From Mizuhopecten yessoensis (Eukaryota): 64,000 bases of DNA. Below are positions 49,558-63,857 of this stretch, piece after piece; position 1 is the stretch's first letter, and each line of letters opens with the position of its first letter. Both the position numbers and the translations under genes were made by a program. A model generated the notes under the pieces. That model ran no database searches, was not told the origin of the DNA, and was given only the letters and a program-made list of their open reading frames with translations. Where the stretch lies: contig NW_018406268.1 of assembly GCF_002113885.1 (NCBI RefSeq), forward strand, positions 1,575 to 65,574, written 5' to 3'.

Positions 49558-52207
49558 TATAGCCCTTCATCTCGGAATGCAACTTGCAAAATATCACCAC
49601 CCTAGATCTTTTGTTTATTGAAATAAATGTTTTTTCACATATGGCAATATGTTACGGTTAACTTAAAGTCTTAGCATGTTACTTGCGAATTATCATTATT
49701 ATGGGCCTTTTTGTTCCTCAAAAGATCTCCTTTAAAAGTTTTAAAGACAATAAACTTGGTATCACTTCATCCCAGCATGTTACTTGCCTAATGTCATCAT
49801 CATGGGCCTTCTAGTTATTAAGAAGAGGTTGTTTATAGATTTTGAATATATTTGACCCATGTGTCCTTGAATATACGCAAAGGTTATTCATTTGCGCAAA
49901 CTTGATAGTTCACTAATCCCAGCATGCTTCTGACGAAATATCATCACCCTAAGCCTCTTGGTTCTTGCAAAGAAATCGTTTAAAGTAAAAGGTTGACACC
50001 TGACTGACGACGGACAGACTGACAGACAGACAACCAGAAAGACGGACAATTATCTTCCTGAATCTTTTGCAAAAGAAGTCCTTTAAAGATTTTAAACATA
50101 TTTGACCCATTTAACCTTGAATATAAGTCAAGGTCATTAATTTTAATCAAGTTGGTAGCCCTTCATCCAAACATAATACTGGCTAAATATCATCATCTTG
50201 GGACTTCAATGTTATTCAGAAGTTGTTTAAAAAATGTTTTTAAAATAATTAACCCATGTGACCTTGAATACCAGTAAAGGCATTCATTTTATTCAGAAAA
50301 AGTTGTTAAAGTAAAAAGTTGACGCCGGACGGACGACGGACGCCGCCTTTCGGGCCAAGTTAGTTACAAAACATGACACAAAACTTTATATACAGAGGAA
50401 GTAAATGTTCGGGCCTAGAATATTCCTTTCAATGTATTTAATTGTAGAGTGCAATGTTTTTCGTGTTATGGTCAGAGCTCGGATATTTCTCCACTTTTAA
50501 TAATTGAATATCATATTGGCATATACAGAGGTACCTCTAATACAATCTAAGCATGCAATTCCTAGGACAATAACGTTAACCTTGCATACATAATATTTTT
50601 TGTCAAAAATGAACAAAAATCAATTCAAATTATTTTGATTTTACAGCAGGTTTATTTCACAAAAGTCACAATAATTGAAAAATTAGAAACATAAGATAAT
50701 ATTTAAAGAGTCTGTAAGTGAAACCTTGCCACTATAACAGTCAATATATTGATGCTGATTTCTTAAGCCTTGTTTTCCCACATTTGTTTTATTTCGATCA
50801 TATTAGTGTCAAGCATGCACTGAAACACAATATCTGTAATGACAGACACTTATATGCCCGCCTCTTTTTTCAATTCACATAATACGTACATTGTAAAAGT
50901 GTTATAACAAAATGATAAAAATCTTTCTTAAAATTAACCAAATTACATAACTACAAATGATACACATTACTGCATTCATCACAAAAGTTGTAAAATATAC
51001 ACCTAACGTTGTTTAATCTGCATACAGTAGAGGTGTGCACTATATATTTTGACAATGTACGACCTATTTTTTTTAATATGATATACAACTTCTGGGAACC
51101 AGCTTGCCAGTTGTAGTCTCTTTTTCGGTAATTCTTGATATACATGTAGTAGCATCGTTAGTATATCTTCGCTCGTGAAAACACAAGACAGTACTTCCCA
51201 ATATAAATTTTATGTTTATACATTCCTACCTGACTCAATGTAACAATGTCACGACTAGATACATGCTTATATTACCCAAGGTCATACGTCTACTTAGTAT
51301 ATGCCATCCTCACCCATGTCAGTATATTTAAGTGATGTAATTTGAAACTAAATACATACAATCTTTTATCTTTACTCAAGTTATTTTATTTTGATACTAG
51401 ATACAAATCATGTTTGTATAAAATCATTAAGCTTGTTTACCCGTCCCTTTAAGATTTTATAAAATAGCTGTATTTAAGTAATTGTAAAAATAACGTTTAA
51501 TCTGAACAATATTTGCCCAGTCATTGTACATGTATATTGAATGTGCAAAATCAAACTAGATACATGTACATGTCATACTTACCCAAAGGAATGTATTTCA
51601 ATACTAGATCTATGACACCTTTAGCAAAGTGAATGTACCTTAATACAAGATACACACTATCTTTACAAACATGAAAATACTACAATTCACAAAATACATT
51701 AAATTGCATAATCATGGTGTTGATATTCATTATCTACGCTTTTTCTACTACTACATTCCATTACCCGATAATTGGCTGATCCTTGATCACATTATCACAG
51801 CTCTGTAACATACACTTTACTCATTATTAATTTGAAATTATCCATGACTCCTTTAATTAAGTTTATGTAATTAAAGGGTTTTATGAAACTCTCCTTCTGT
51901 TTAAACATACTTTAGACCTTTTTGGATTTAGGCCTTTTGGGATCCCTTATTTCACCGATTAGTCCTAAAAGAACAAAATAGCTTTACAGTGCGGAGTTAT
52001 TCATTGTTTTGCCTAAATTATCTGTTACCATATTTTATAAGTGCACTCCCTTCATCCTAACAGAGACGAGGGTATCCATACACTATTCCTCAACTATCAA
52101 TGATTTCTATTATTTGATAATACATATATAAACTCCAATGATCTCAACAATAAATACTTGTTTTACTTGAGAAATGTATGTTCTATCAAAGCATAAAAGG
52201 CATTGTT

Positions 52208-52390
52208 CAGTTCCCACTCTTGATGATTGTCGATTCGAATAAAATTTAAACGCATTAAAGCCATTACTTCAGTGTCCGCTTGTTTATTCACCAGACAATT
52301 GCGCATGCTCAGGGAGCATACCAACATACAAATACCCGGAGGGAGCAGTTATAAATTATAACATTATGATACGAATTACTAAAACACTAC
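52208..52390. mobile_element. 183-bp insertion with 10-bp target duplication
   Basis: aggcattgtt at 52198-52207 and 52391-52400; single copy in units 1/2. Confidence 0.7.
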
Positions 52391-53648
52391 AGGCATTGTT
52401 TTGATTTAATACTTTTGTATTTCCATAATGCAACTGGATTTGGCACAAGTCATACAATTTATATAACGCTCTTTCAATAAATAAACAATCATATATACAA
52501 CAAAATTACAAGAGTACGAAATATTAAAGTTCAAGTAGAATCCTAATGTGGTAATAATGAAATCGGACCATGTGGTTGCTCTTTCTCCATGCAAACGGAA
52601 CTAGTGATTATCTGTTTGCTGTTCATAATGTTCTGCCGTTCAATTGTTCATCACTTTCTGTGCTAATAACGTCCTCTTGTTCACTCCTTGCCTGCTGGTG
52701 TTTCTGTTTCCACTAGTCGGCTGTCATAGAGAGAAAGACCGAGCACAAGGTCCAAATACATTTTCGCATACAATTATATTTATAAAGCGATTGTATATAA
52801 TACTATGATAATCGGATATCGATAGACATGTGAGAGAGGGAAAGAAGGGAGGAGAGAGGGATTGTAATTAAAATCGATAAGAATCATGAATGTATTGCCG
52901 AGTGTGCATGAAAATCCAAATGTTTTTTTGTTCCGAATTATTTGTATCGCCAAAAAGAAGTAGGTTCAGAGTAAGAGGTACACGTATGTATTTGTTAAGC
53001 CCACGATAAAGTTAAACTTAAGGCATTTAGGGCATTGACATTTTGTCTTAACATTTTGTTATACAGTATTTCATTTTTAGACATAAAATGGATTATTAAG
53101 AATATTGTATATATAATACTTAATAACTAATCAATATGTAAATGTTAAACCAAATGTTAATCTATCACCTACTTCATTAAATCAAATTAAAAACGTAATA
53201 ACAAATAAATTTTAAATAAAATAATATGTGGTATGATTTGCATATTGTATGCTAGCAAAACGAACGGTAAAAAGTAAGGGTAATTTAAAATGCACACATG
53301 TAACATGTGGTATCAAAGTATTGGTAAATATCACATACGCATCATACCTACGTAATCTTTATTTACATATGTCACGCGCATGCTATGAAATATATATAAG
53401 ACATATATTCTAGTTTGCTTGTTTACATCATTAATGTGTTATATTTGATCTTTTTTAAATATATGCTTAAGTTTTATTTTTTATTATCATGGATGTGCTT
53501 ACAAAAACCACAAACTCCTTTATTAATAAAAAGAAACTATTCATAAGATTATTTCTATAAATGGATTTGATAGTTATCACCGTTATCGCATAGTTTAATT
53601 TTTTAATTTTCGCCTGTATATTACAGAACTGACCACATACTGAGCTCA

Positions 53649-54886
53649 TTACTCCGTAATTATTTCAGTATAATCATAAACAGAGCTTAAATCATTGAGG
53701 GATTTACCAATCATTCTTGGCATCGTATTGTCCAGGAGTTGTCGATCCTCTATAACAATCGCAGCGATTTCGGATTTTGTTGATTTCTGGAAAGCCCAAA
53801 GACGCCTATTTCCGTCGATGACACTCATTGCTGTTTCGGCTTGCCAAACAACGATGGATGGTATATTTTGGCATTCCAGATTTTCAGAAATCAGGTCATT
53901 GACGAGAGTCATTACATTGACCCCTGAATGATCTCCTGAAGAAAAGGTCATTGGAATAACAGCTTTGGTGAACTTAACACTCATCGGGTCAATGTGCGTA
54001 ACATTCGGGGCCTTGTGCCAGTAGCCACCTGGTTCTGCTTCGTCTTTTATCTCGACAGAAACACCACGATTTTCCGACGACCTTTTTATTGAGCTGATAT
54101 AAAACACCTCTCGGAAAGAAATCTCTTTACACCTGCCTGGAAGAAAACAACGCATTCATGTCATAAACGGGGAAAACCCAAGAAGGTTCATAGACCTGGG
54201 CAGATTGAACAAAATAGGGCCGACATTAAAACAACGAATATAAAACAAATATCAAACCTTATTCTAAAGTTCGGTTTCCATCTGGTTGTGTTTAGATTTT
54301 AGCCGGAGTAGGTTGTCGAACTTACTCATGGGCCGAACTATGACCAGTCTCTCCTACTAGTAATATTGCAATATTCGTGTTTGAATTTTAAAGGAATTAA
54401 AGTTGATGTATATTCATTACTTCAAAAATCTCCAAACAACAGTAGCTGAAACTAATCATTTATACGAATATAATCTCATTTTCCCCGTGTGTATTCCGAA
54501 CCATTTGACATTGTTTGCTTGATGCCGCAAATATATCAACGATTTACCATCACAAACCCCAAAGTTAAGAGCATACCTAGTCTTTCCAAGTGTCTGAAAA
54601 TCCAAAGACGACGGTTGTCCGCGGTAATCCAACGAGTCTTCTTCCCGCCTACCAACGTCTCCCCACCTGTCTCCTCGTCTTCCTCCTGTTTTAAATCTAT
54701 TTCCGGAAGTGATGTCATTGATAGTCGACCCTCCATTATCTCGTCTAGGGTATCGCCAATGGTCATGTGTCCGTGCCCAGACCACCGCCGAAAACGATGG
54801 TAGACTACCTTCTGACTAAAACAGATGTCAGACGGTCTTAATTTAGACGGTTTTGTATTTTCTGACAAAGACCATGAAACCTCCAT
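53649..54886 (-). CDS. Gene C3: double ParB/Srx-like domain protein, 265 aa; join(54886..54577,54136..53649)
   Basis: Donor G|GTATGC, acceptor ttttcttccag|GC, 440-bp intron; both motifs intact. Confidence 0.9.
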
Positions 54887-55018
54887 AACAATAGATGGCT
54901 CTAGATCTGTGGGCAGTTACCTAACACACTATTGAATTATTTACTGTATTATCACGTCTAGGCAAACGCTTTCAGGAAGTCTTTATTTTTCGAAACCGAA
55001 TATAGAATTTACAGAATC

Positions 55019-55034
55019 GAAAGCGAAACTGAAA
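55019..55034. promoter_or_regulatory. C3 ISRE GAAAGCGAAACTGAAA
   Basis: IRF-E consensus GAAA(G/C)(T/C)GAAA; same offset as in C1/C2. Confidence 0.7.
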
Positions 55035-58000
55035 TTAAGTTTACAGAAATTAATGTCGATTTGTTTAAATATAGATGGATGCTTTTCCTCTGTTTACATT
55101 TCGATACGAAAATGGTCGAATCATATGCATTATAAAATGCGCATTAGTTATCTGGGCTATCCATGAGTCTATAGTGATGGATCAAAAATGTTGTCAAAGT
55201 TTTGTCTGTAATCGCTTTTGTAGTCTGACTATGTATTTGTGGTAGACAGACAGACAGACAGAATTTCTCGAAAAAGCACTTATTGTTAATTGGTCATCTG
55301 GTAATTAACTAAAAGGCAAGTTTTTAAAGTCTATATTTAGTAACACCAGTACGTACGCCTATTTCACAGCGTGTATTACAACAAGTGTCGTCTGCTAGGA
55401 GGAACAAAGCTGGCAGACTACACATATACGTACGTGACTCGCAATAAATAAGATCCGGTGGAAAAAAATGTGTAATTTGAAGAAAACAAAATGAAATACA
55501 CATTTTACTCATAGTTCTCAAAATTGAATGTAGCAATCAGTTCATAACAGATTGTTTCCTAAAGACATGAATTTCCCCCTTTACATGTATTTCTTTAAAT
55601 GTGAAACATTTTAATTCATCTGACGAGTAAATGTTTCATTTGTTTTATTTAAAAAGCAATGGTTCGAGGGATTTCATAACCAACATCTGCAAACACGTCG
55701 TCAGTGTCATTGATAGGACACATAAACATAAGTTGTGTGTGAGGGCAATATAACGGTGAGGCCGTCTGGAAAAGTCTAGAGAGGAAGTCGTAAATAACAC
55801 GTGTGCTGCGCATCACGTAATGCGATCAATACATGTGACAAGCAAGAGTGAGGCATGACTGTACAACGTCGCTATCTTAAGTAAACACGAAACATTGATA
55901 ATTAACAAAATATGTGTATGAGTCTTTATTGCAAAATACAATTGTATATGTCAGAAATTTGTGTATAAATTCGAACATAATTACGGTACGATATGATGGA
56001 AATAGTCAATTATTGTTAGGAATGTTTATTTAAGTGGAGATATTGAAGCTTGTAATCTTAGATTTTGTTACGAAAGAAGTTGATAACAGAATAAAAGTAA
56101 AGATAATTTTTGCAACGTTATTTAACCCTCAGTTTTGCGTTCGATTTGGTATTTCTCAAGAAAAATGTAAGAGTTATGTCCCTTCGTCTACATATTGCTT
56201 TAAACTATATTTATTTTGAACATTTCTGAATCAAATTTAACGATTTAATGTGAAGCATTCTTATTTGTCGAGATGGTAGTCAAAAGTGGGTTCTAATGTG
56301 TGAGGTAACAGGAGTTCCAGAGATACCCCACGTGGTCGGCAAAATGACCTCATACCTATTTACGTCCAATCGGTGGGAGGCGATTGTGTACTGTCCACTC
56401 TGCCACACATTTACTGAAGCTCAGAGCAAATTCCTACCTCACATGTAAATAGTCGTCTGCTAGATTCAGGTGATGATCACACAGAATAAACTTTGTTTCT
56501 ATCCGCGAAGCGTGCCATCAAAGCATTGCAAAGAACGGGAGGAACGCCATCACAAATACTTGAACAAACACAGCCTGCCTCAGCTAATAATGGTAAGGAC
56601 CAAGGATCTATTGAGAACAGCGAAAGAAGTGACACGTTTATCTCCGAAATGGCAATGAACAGGAATCTTGATAACTCATTCATTAGTAAAAGTAACGATT
56701 TGGCGTATCAAAGGTAGTGTTGTGTGTTTGCACGCGAAACAAAAAAAGAAAAATAGGGAAAGAGGTACCTTCGGTATTCATCACTGTTCTTAAAAAAAGA
56801 GGGTTTTAGTTTACCTTCATATGGGGGCATATGACCTCCTAAATTGACTTTGAACCCTCAAAATGGTAGAGGCTTACTATAGAAAGAGGACAGAATTTGG
56901 TATGTATGCCTGATCCTACCACAAACTTTTATGTCTCGCAAAATAAACTGGAGAAAGAACAAAAGTATAAAAGCATTTAGTTTATAACGATCTATAGATG
57001 TTTATCTAGTCCTGGATATGACATACTAGATGAATATATTCTATGACACAAAATAAAACTTTTTTTACCCTAACGTATATTTTGATTGTACAGCACGCTC
57101 GTCGTCAATATAGTGCTGGCCCCTAAAATGTTGTCGTGTGATGTAGGCTTATGACGTGACACTCGCCGGTTTGCGTTTTTAGTAATCGTTTTATATCATA
57201 ATCTGCTAAGGCTGAGAGTCTAAGTGCTCTGTGGTATGTTTCCATCGAAGGAGAGTTCTTTTTTGGTATTTAAAAAACTTGGATTTGCATGTTCATGCAA
57301 AGAGTTATAAACAAAAGAAAGATATGCATCATCAGTTTATCTTATAACAAAACATTTACACCGATGAAGACATTTGATTTACGTCCGATTCTGATGAGGA
57401 AATATCTCTATACTATATAGAAAATATTCAAGACCAGTTTATATCATACACCAATGCATCCTTTAGGACATTTATTTGATTTAGGCATATGAGATGATGC
57501 GTTCATGTTTACCATATGGCAACGTGATTGTGGAGATTGTGGCAATCGGAAGTAAGTCGTTGCGAAGATTTAATATTTCATTTAATTATGGTCTCGATTT
57601 TTTTTATTGTTCCTGCCTTTAATTTGAAACATTTAAAAAAAATCCTGTTTTCTCCAATTGATGTCTCACAATTTTATTTGAATTATGGAATCTTTTTATG
57701 GGACCTAAATAATTGTTAATTTCATTAGGTAGATCCGGAAGCGCCTTGCATTATCTCCTGAATAAAGTCTTTCCTTTCATTGTAATATGGTAGTTATGCA
57801 GTTTATTGAATAAGCGTAGTTATAGTGTCTTTTAACAACAAGAAGTTATGTAACTGAAATGGTTTAATTATGTAACATGCAGGGTATCAATTGAAAAGAC
57901 AGATAGGATATAGGAAGAAAAAACATTTCTTTTCTAACTTTTTTATTGAACAACGGAGAACTCCGAAAGTATCTTTCCAAATGCATTTCACTATTTGTCA

Positions 58001-60593
58001 CATACAGACCTAAATTTAATATGAGCAATCGTTACTTTGAACGGGGGCTGCCTCGAAATAACAATATTCATGCAATTATTGCAAGATACAGTTTCGAAGT
58101 GCAATACTATAGTTGTCCCCGCGAGCAGTAGTCATGCAGGCCCCTTACAGCACACTAGGGTTCATACGCTGTCAATGTTGGACTTTTACGCATGCCGACT
58201 GGAGCTGAAACACTATGAAAGTAATCTTCCCAAAATGCTACCAACCTATCATGAAAAGTTCAAATCATAGGTTAACTTGTCCAAAGTCGATCATTCTTAA
58301 GTTATTTATTTTTTCATTAACTCTTGGGACAATTTAAATGTTAATTGAAAAACAAAATGTTAGAACTTCTTTTAAAATGCAATTAACTCTTACACTGTTC
58401 GTGTTTAGCCACAAATGATGACGTTCAAAAGAGGATGGCTCCATTGATGGGTCTATTTTTGTGTCTGATTGGCACTCACAAGAATTTGGCAAGCTCCGGA
58501 CCAAACCAATTAGAGAACTGCAACACATCGTGCTGTTGAAGTGCCCAGTGAAGTGGATGCAACGAGGATAACCTGCTTAATTAAAACTCTCCAAAGACAA
58601 AGAATTAGCAGAAAAATAAAAAAAATAAAGGAAACGTTTTTTAATTATCCTTTGAGTGAGAACCAAACGGTTTTGGACATTATCGAAAGGTTTGCAATTC
58701 TGAACGGTTTTCCTGCTGCAGAGGAATCTTGTAATACATGAAACACATGGGATTCTTTAGGAAAATCACTTGATTAGTTGAGGAAAAAAACACTCTGACC
58801 TAAAATTATCAGAAACGTCGACTACTTCAAGAAATGAATGAAACACGGCCAACATTTCATTAAGTAAATATTGTTACTTCTTTCCACTAATACACGCGCA
58901 CGCAAATGCATATCACTCTACTATGACGAAAATATAACAGACGTACCCGTACAGTAAAAGCGAAAGTCCTTGCGTTTGTGTAACTCTTTAGAGGGTTTAG
59001 GCCACAATTGTTCATACTTTCATATTTTACGGTCAGGGGATGCAATAATACGTGTAGTCACCGGGACCCCGTTTCTCTCGGTACTCAGATGATGGACAGG
59101 CCGTGTGATGCGATGACATTTTCGTTGGTAATCGTTCTAATCATGATATGTGAATATTTCCCGCTTATTTACACAACACCAAAAATGCGAGTTTTTCGAA
59201 ACTGCTAATAACTTGGTCTTGTACATTAAAAATACGCCAATATCAATCATGGTAGGATTTGGCTGGATTGCGGTCAAGATTCAATCCCCGAGTTCCTCGT
59301 GACATTTGCTTACTTACTTTTTACTACTTCTGCCCACACCTCCAATATAAAATGGTCTTGGACTGTTGCTTCATTGCCTGCGTTGTAATATTCAAGTAAG
59401 ATAACCCTATGGGCCGGGAGAGGGGGAGGCTGTTAACAGTACATTTTCGCCGCAAGACAGAATAAATATCTCTTTCAGCACACTCGTGTGATAAGGCTTA
59501 TTTCTGAGAATTTTCTTATTGTATTGCTTGTTTGATTTTAGAAGTTGGGTATCTATCAACAAGCACTGTAAAGCACTGCAGCAGGATTTATTCAAGGTAG
59601 GGGCGCTATATCTAAAGAGGTACAGTAATGATAATAACTAGCCTGCAAATGACGAGGAATATCAGATTTCAAGTCAAATAATAAGACAAATGTTATTTAC
59701 TATCGAATCATATGAACTTTGAAAGTACACATCTTTTAAACAGTGCCTAAGGATTTATAAAGTACAGAGTAATATCGATTTACGAAACAAACATGACTAT
59801 TAAAGCGCATTTTGTTTGATGTATAACCTCCACAAAGACTTTGGCGGAGAACCACAATTTGTAATAGATATGGTCACATGGACTTTTATCCTCAGCTATG
59901 CACTTTTCCGGGAAAATAAACATTTTTAATGGAGTCGACAGCGTTTTACTCATTTGTTGTCAAGCATGAAACTAATAACGGTATTTGTCCAAAAGAAATT
60001 TTAATATCACAAAAAACAATATTTTCCTATATCATAAAATCGGTCACTGTCATATATGTCACCTGTTAGGTACAGCTCAACTTAATGTTCATAATGGCAT
60101 CAGATCGTGGACAATAGAAAAATACCTTAGTGTCATAAAAACCGTATTTTGAACTTAAAATCGATAAAACATTCATGGAAAAGTACAAAAAGAATAAGAC
60201 TAGGTGTTCTGGAAAGCGTCTTATCTCACACTTCACAGGTACATTGGCAGGGAAAAGATAAACCTGTCTCGATCTACCTCGATCAAGACAGCTGACACGC
60301 GCTATTACGTCACAGACAACGCACTTCTTTCAACATGACATGTGACCCTGTGCACTTTTTGAAAAACCGATTACATCATCACTTTTTACACAAATGTATA
60401 ATACACGTGCAAACAAAACATGAAAAGCTCAACATTCCGACAGTTCAAAATAGGTGAATGTGTTGCCGTAAGAAAAAAATGGTGAAAAGGGAAGAACTGT
60501 TGATGAATTTAATTGATGATAGTTCGGTGCATTGGGGTCAAAAATACAAGTTCTCAGTGAAGGTATTTTTTACGGTATAAAAATGTGGAAGAA

Positions 60594-60752
60594 AAATAAT
60601 CAATCATTCCTGTGTGATGCGACAGACATATCTGAACCCTCGGGACGAGATAGTTTTTAGGTTTAGCACGAGGCTTTAAACCTGAAAAAAAATAGCTCAG
60701 CCTCTGGTTGAGATATCTCTGTCTACATCACACAGGAGTAATAGATTATATT
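60594..60752. mobile_element. Palindromic MITE (~160 bp)
   Basis: taatcaatcattcctgtgtgatgcgacagacatatctgaacc vs ggttgagatatctctgtctacatcacacaggagtaatagatta; inner tttttaggttta/taaacctgaaaaa. Confidence 0.7.
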
Positions 60753-62454
60753 ATTCTACTTCATAAACGACACCCGCCATGTAAATCAAGGTCAAATCCA
60801 AATAGTGCCACTTCATCATCGTGACAACAAAACAACAAAGGGCACTTCTGAGCATAAAAGCCAACCAATCTTCATACTATACAAAGAAATAACATATTTC
60901 AAGCGGAAGTTACGGCAATAGGATAATTACAAGGATGTTTTCCTTTTAAATTTCTTGATTTTACCTGAGTATTGGTTTATCTCAATTTTAAATTCAAGTT
61001 TATGTTTGTTTGTTTAAAAGAAACGACCATATGTTGCAATTAACTTTTATTTGACCTTCTAAGTTTCAATTAAGTCTTCTATACCTGGTTATATTTTTTA
61101 TAGATTACCGAATCTTCCATTTCTTGCAGGGTTCCTATTAGTTTCTATCCTTCTCTATGGGTGATTTTGACGGCCTTTGTTTCTCCAAAAATCTCAATTT
61201 GAATCGCTATGTGTAGAAGCCGATTTTCAGTCGACATTATGATAAGTAGACAAAAATGTTAATACCCAAATTAAATCGTATCATTTTGATAGGTTATGAT
61301 TGTTTTAATTTGTAATGCTTTAACTGCAACACCTATAAAGTTATGACATTTGGTAAAATTGAAAGCGTATTTCAAAGTAGGGATATATAAGTTTATATAT
61401 GAACAAGCAATAATGGAAGACAGTTATTTTCATTTATGACTAGTACCTTGTCCGGGCCATGAACTCACAACCTACAGCCAGATGACATAGTCTTTGAATA
61501 TCTGCAGTGTTAACCAGTACAAAACCTCACCTTCTTAAAAAAGGTTGCTATGTTGCAATATTTTGTGTCTTTTTTTTGTGTTTTTTCGTTTATTTATTTT
61601 TTTCATATATTTTTCAATATCAATTCCCATGGAGTGGTTACATTGTATTGCGTATGTTTTCTTCCCTCAGAGAAGCGCAATATCTATCTCAAACACTGAA
61701 TACTCTAAACATCGGGTTGTTTGTGGTAAGATCTATCCATCAAATTTCTAACCTTTTTTTGAAATGTCAAACTGATAGATGTGTTCTAAGTTATTATTTT
61801 TACCGTCGTCATGCTAAACCATACAATGATGGATGAATAGCTGTTTCGGGAAGGTCAATATTTGCAATATCTATCAAGGAAGGTTTCTTTTTGGAATTAA
61901 AAATATTTCGGTGGGAAAACCTTTCAGATGGTCTAAAGATACATGATTTACTATTGGTTTTTGTCTCTGTATACATTTTCCGTGTTATGTCTATATTTGG
62001 TCATTTTTGCAAATGAATATAAATGCAGTTTAGGTCTTCCATTTTTGTTCCCGGTTGCGACGGGGAAACACAATTAAATTATATCATATGCATGTATGAA
62101 ATATGTTCACTTAAAGCAGAAGACGATGTTGAATTATCTTTTGTTGTTTTTCGATACATTGCAATTTTTCATTTTCGAAAATAGCAAGTTGTGTGCAATT
62201 TGTACGTGTTCATAGTGAAATGGACGCGTTTATTGATCTACGTAGACCCAAGCTTGCTCGTGCCCACAAGGTAAATCTTTATTAAACATTGCCTAATTGA
62301 GCTCGGCACCGTCGGCTCAGTCACGAGGGTATGCTGTGTGCGGAACGAAATCGCCTTGTGTCTACATCATAAATATAAGGGCAAGATAAAAAGAACAAAA
62401 TACGATATTGTTAAATACAGGAACCGATGAGATAGGGGATCAAAATCAATGATA

Positions 62455-62860
62455 TAAACAGTGTCAAAATAAAAGATTTACACGGCATCAAAATCAAAGA
62501 TAGACACGTTATCAAAATGAAATATATGCACTGTATTGAAATGAAAGTATACACTGTATCGAAATGATAGTACATACAGTATCAAAATGAAATTACGCAC
62601 AGTATCAAAAAGAAAGAAATATACAGTATCAAAATAAGAGATGTACACCGTATCAAACTGAAAGATGATCATTCTATCAAAATGAAAGTATACACAGTAT
62701 CAAAATGAAAGATGTATACTGTATCAAACTGAAATATGATCATCCTATCAAAATGAAAGTAAACACATCATCAAAATGAAAGATATACACCGTATAGAAC
62801 ATAAAGATGTGTATACCACAGTATCAAAATGAAAGATATGCACAGTATCAAAATGAAACC
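62455..62860. repeat. ~21-23-bp minisatellite (cagtatcaaaatgaaagatatac), ~18 units
   Basis: Direct observation. Confidence 0.9.
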
Positions 62861-63857
62861 TCTGGAGACGAAACCATGTTGTCCGAAATGATTAATAGGA
62901 TCTTTCAATATCTTGCAGGTAGGTCACAGCAGGTATTCTTCACTGTCTATCTAGTAGAATTTCTGCTCTCAAGGAAGGAAATGATTTCTTTATTCTTTTC
63001 AAGTCTCTTGCAAACAAAATGAAATATATCCATGACATCTAAGTGCGCTATGTAAACCAATGGGTTTCTTTTCTCGAATTTTGACTGGTTAAATATTGGC
63101 CGTATCATTAGAATAACAATATGTCAACGTATCTATCCTATTGCTCAAAATAAATATGAGAACTTTCATCAATCTCTTACAGAAGTATGTTTACCCTTTC
63201 AGTTTCTTTCAAGTGCTAGCAGACGCTGTGCTGATGCTTCTTTTATGTTCCTACAGTACGGTCACACGTGCATAACTTCCGGTTAAGCGTGCATTAATGT
63301 TTCTTGCTGGTTATCCAGCCAGGTTAAGACAAATAATCATTTCCCGTCCGGAAGTGAGGACATCTCTGCCCGAAGGATGAAAACATTTCCTACATCAGAA
63401 GAAGCACGCACAATGATGTCTCCCGTGAAATCCAAGAAAGTATTTAGGTCATCAGCGATCTAAGACATAGCAAAGTGGTTTTCATAGAAAACTCATAGGT
63501 GACTTCTGGGCCATGGTGATGACCGTTATATGTTTTCAATATAGAGCAAAGCTTCTAAGGTGCACAGCATTGGCGAAGTGGTTTATTTGTCGACTTAACA
63601 TACTTACCTGAACAAGTATTATTCTAATTCATAATAGTTTCAATGATAATTTTAGCATACATTGTTACATATTTCTATATGTAGATCATTAACGTCCAAA
63701 TGTTAACATTTTAGAGAAGTCAAAAATATAAGAGACGTTGATTTAAGCCCTCTCTACGAACGCATTCATGCACGGACTTACCTCGTGGAAGGGCTTCCAT
63801 ACATTTTTTTCTTATTTTCATTCAATGATTAAATATGCTATTTTGTTAGTTTCAATA

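Larger units (their letters stand above)
48222..50360. mobile_element. Helentron-like element, unit 3 copy, split by a 1.16-kb insertion
   Basis: Paralog of 8435-9445 on both sides of 48397-49557. Confidence 0.6.
39642..56985. repeat. Segmental duplication unit 3 (A3-B3-C3); array homology ends at ~56985
   Basis: Colinear homology stops after aaagtataaaagca.t.agtttata. Confidence 0.9.

Noticed and set aside
451-54886. Bacterial parABS locus, contamination, or sulfiredoxin orthologs
   Set aside because: Spliceosomal introns and SINEs are present; there is no parA, HTH or parS; the Srx catalytic Cys is absent
57000-59600. Possible decayed transposase or gene fragments beyond the array edge
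   Set aside because: Only short, stop-riddled ORFs without a recognisable motif; needs BLASTX
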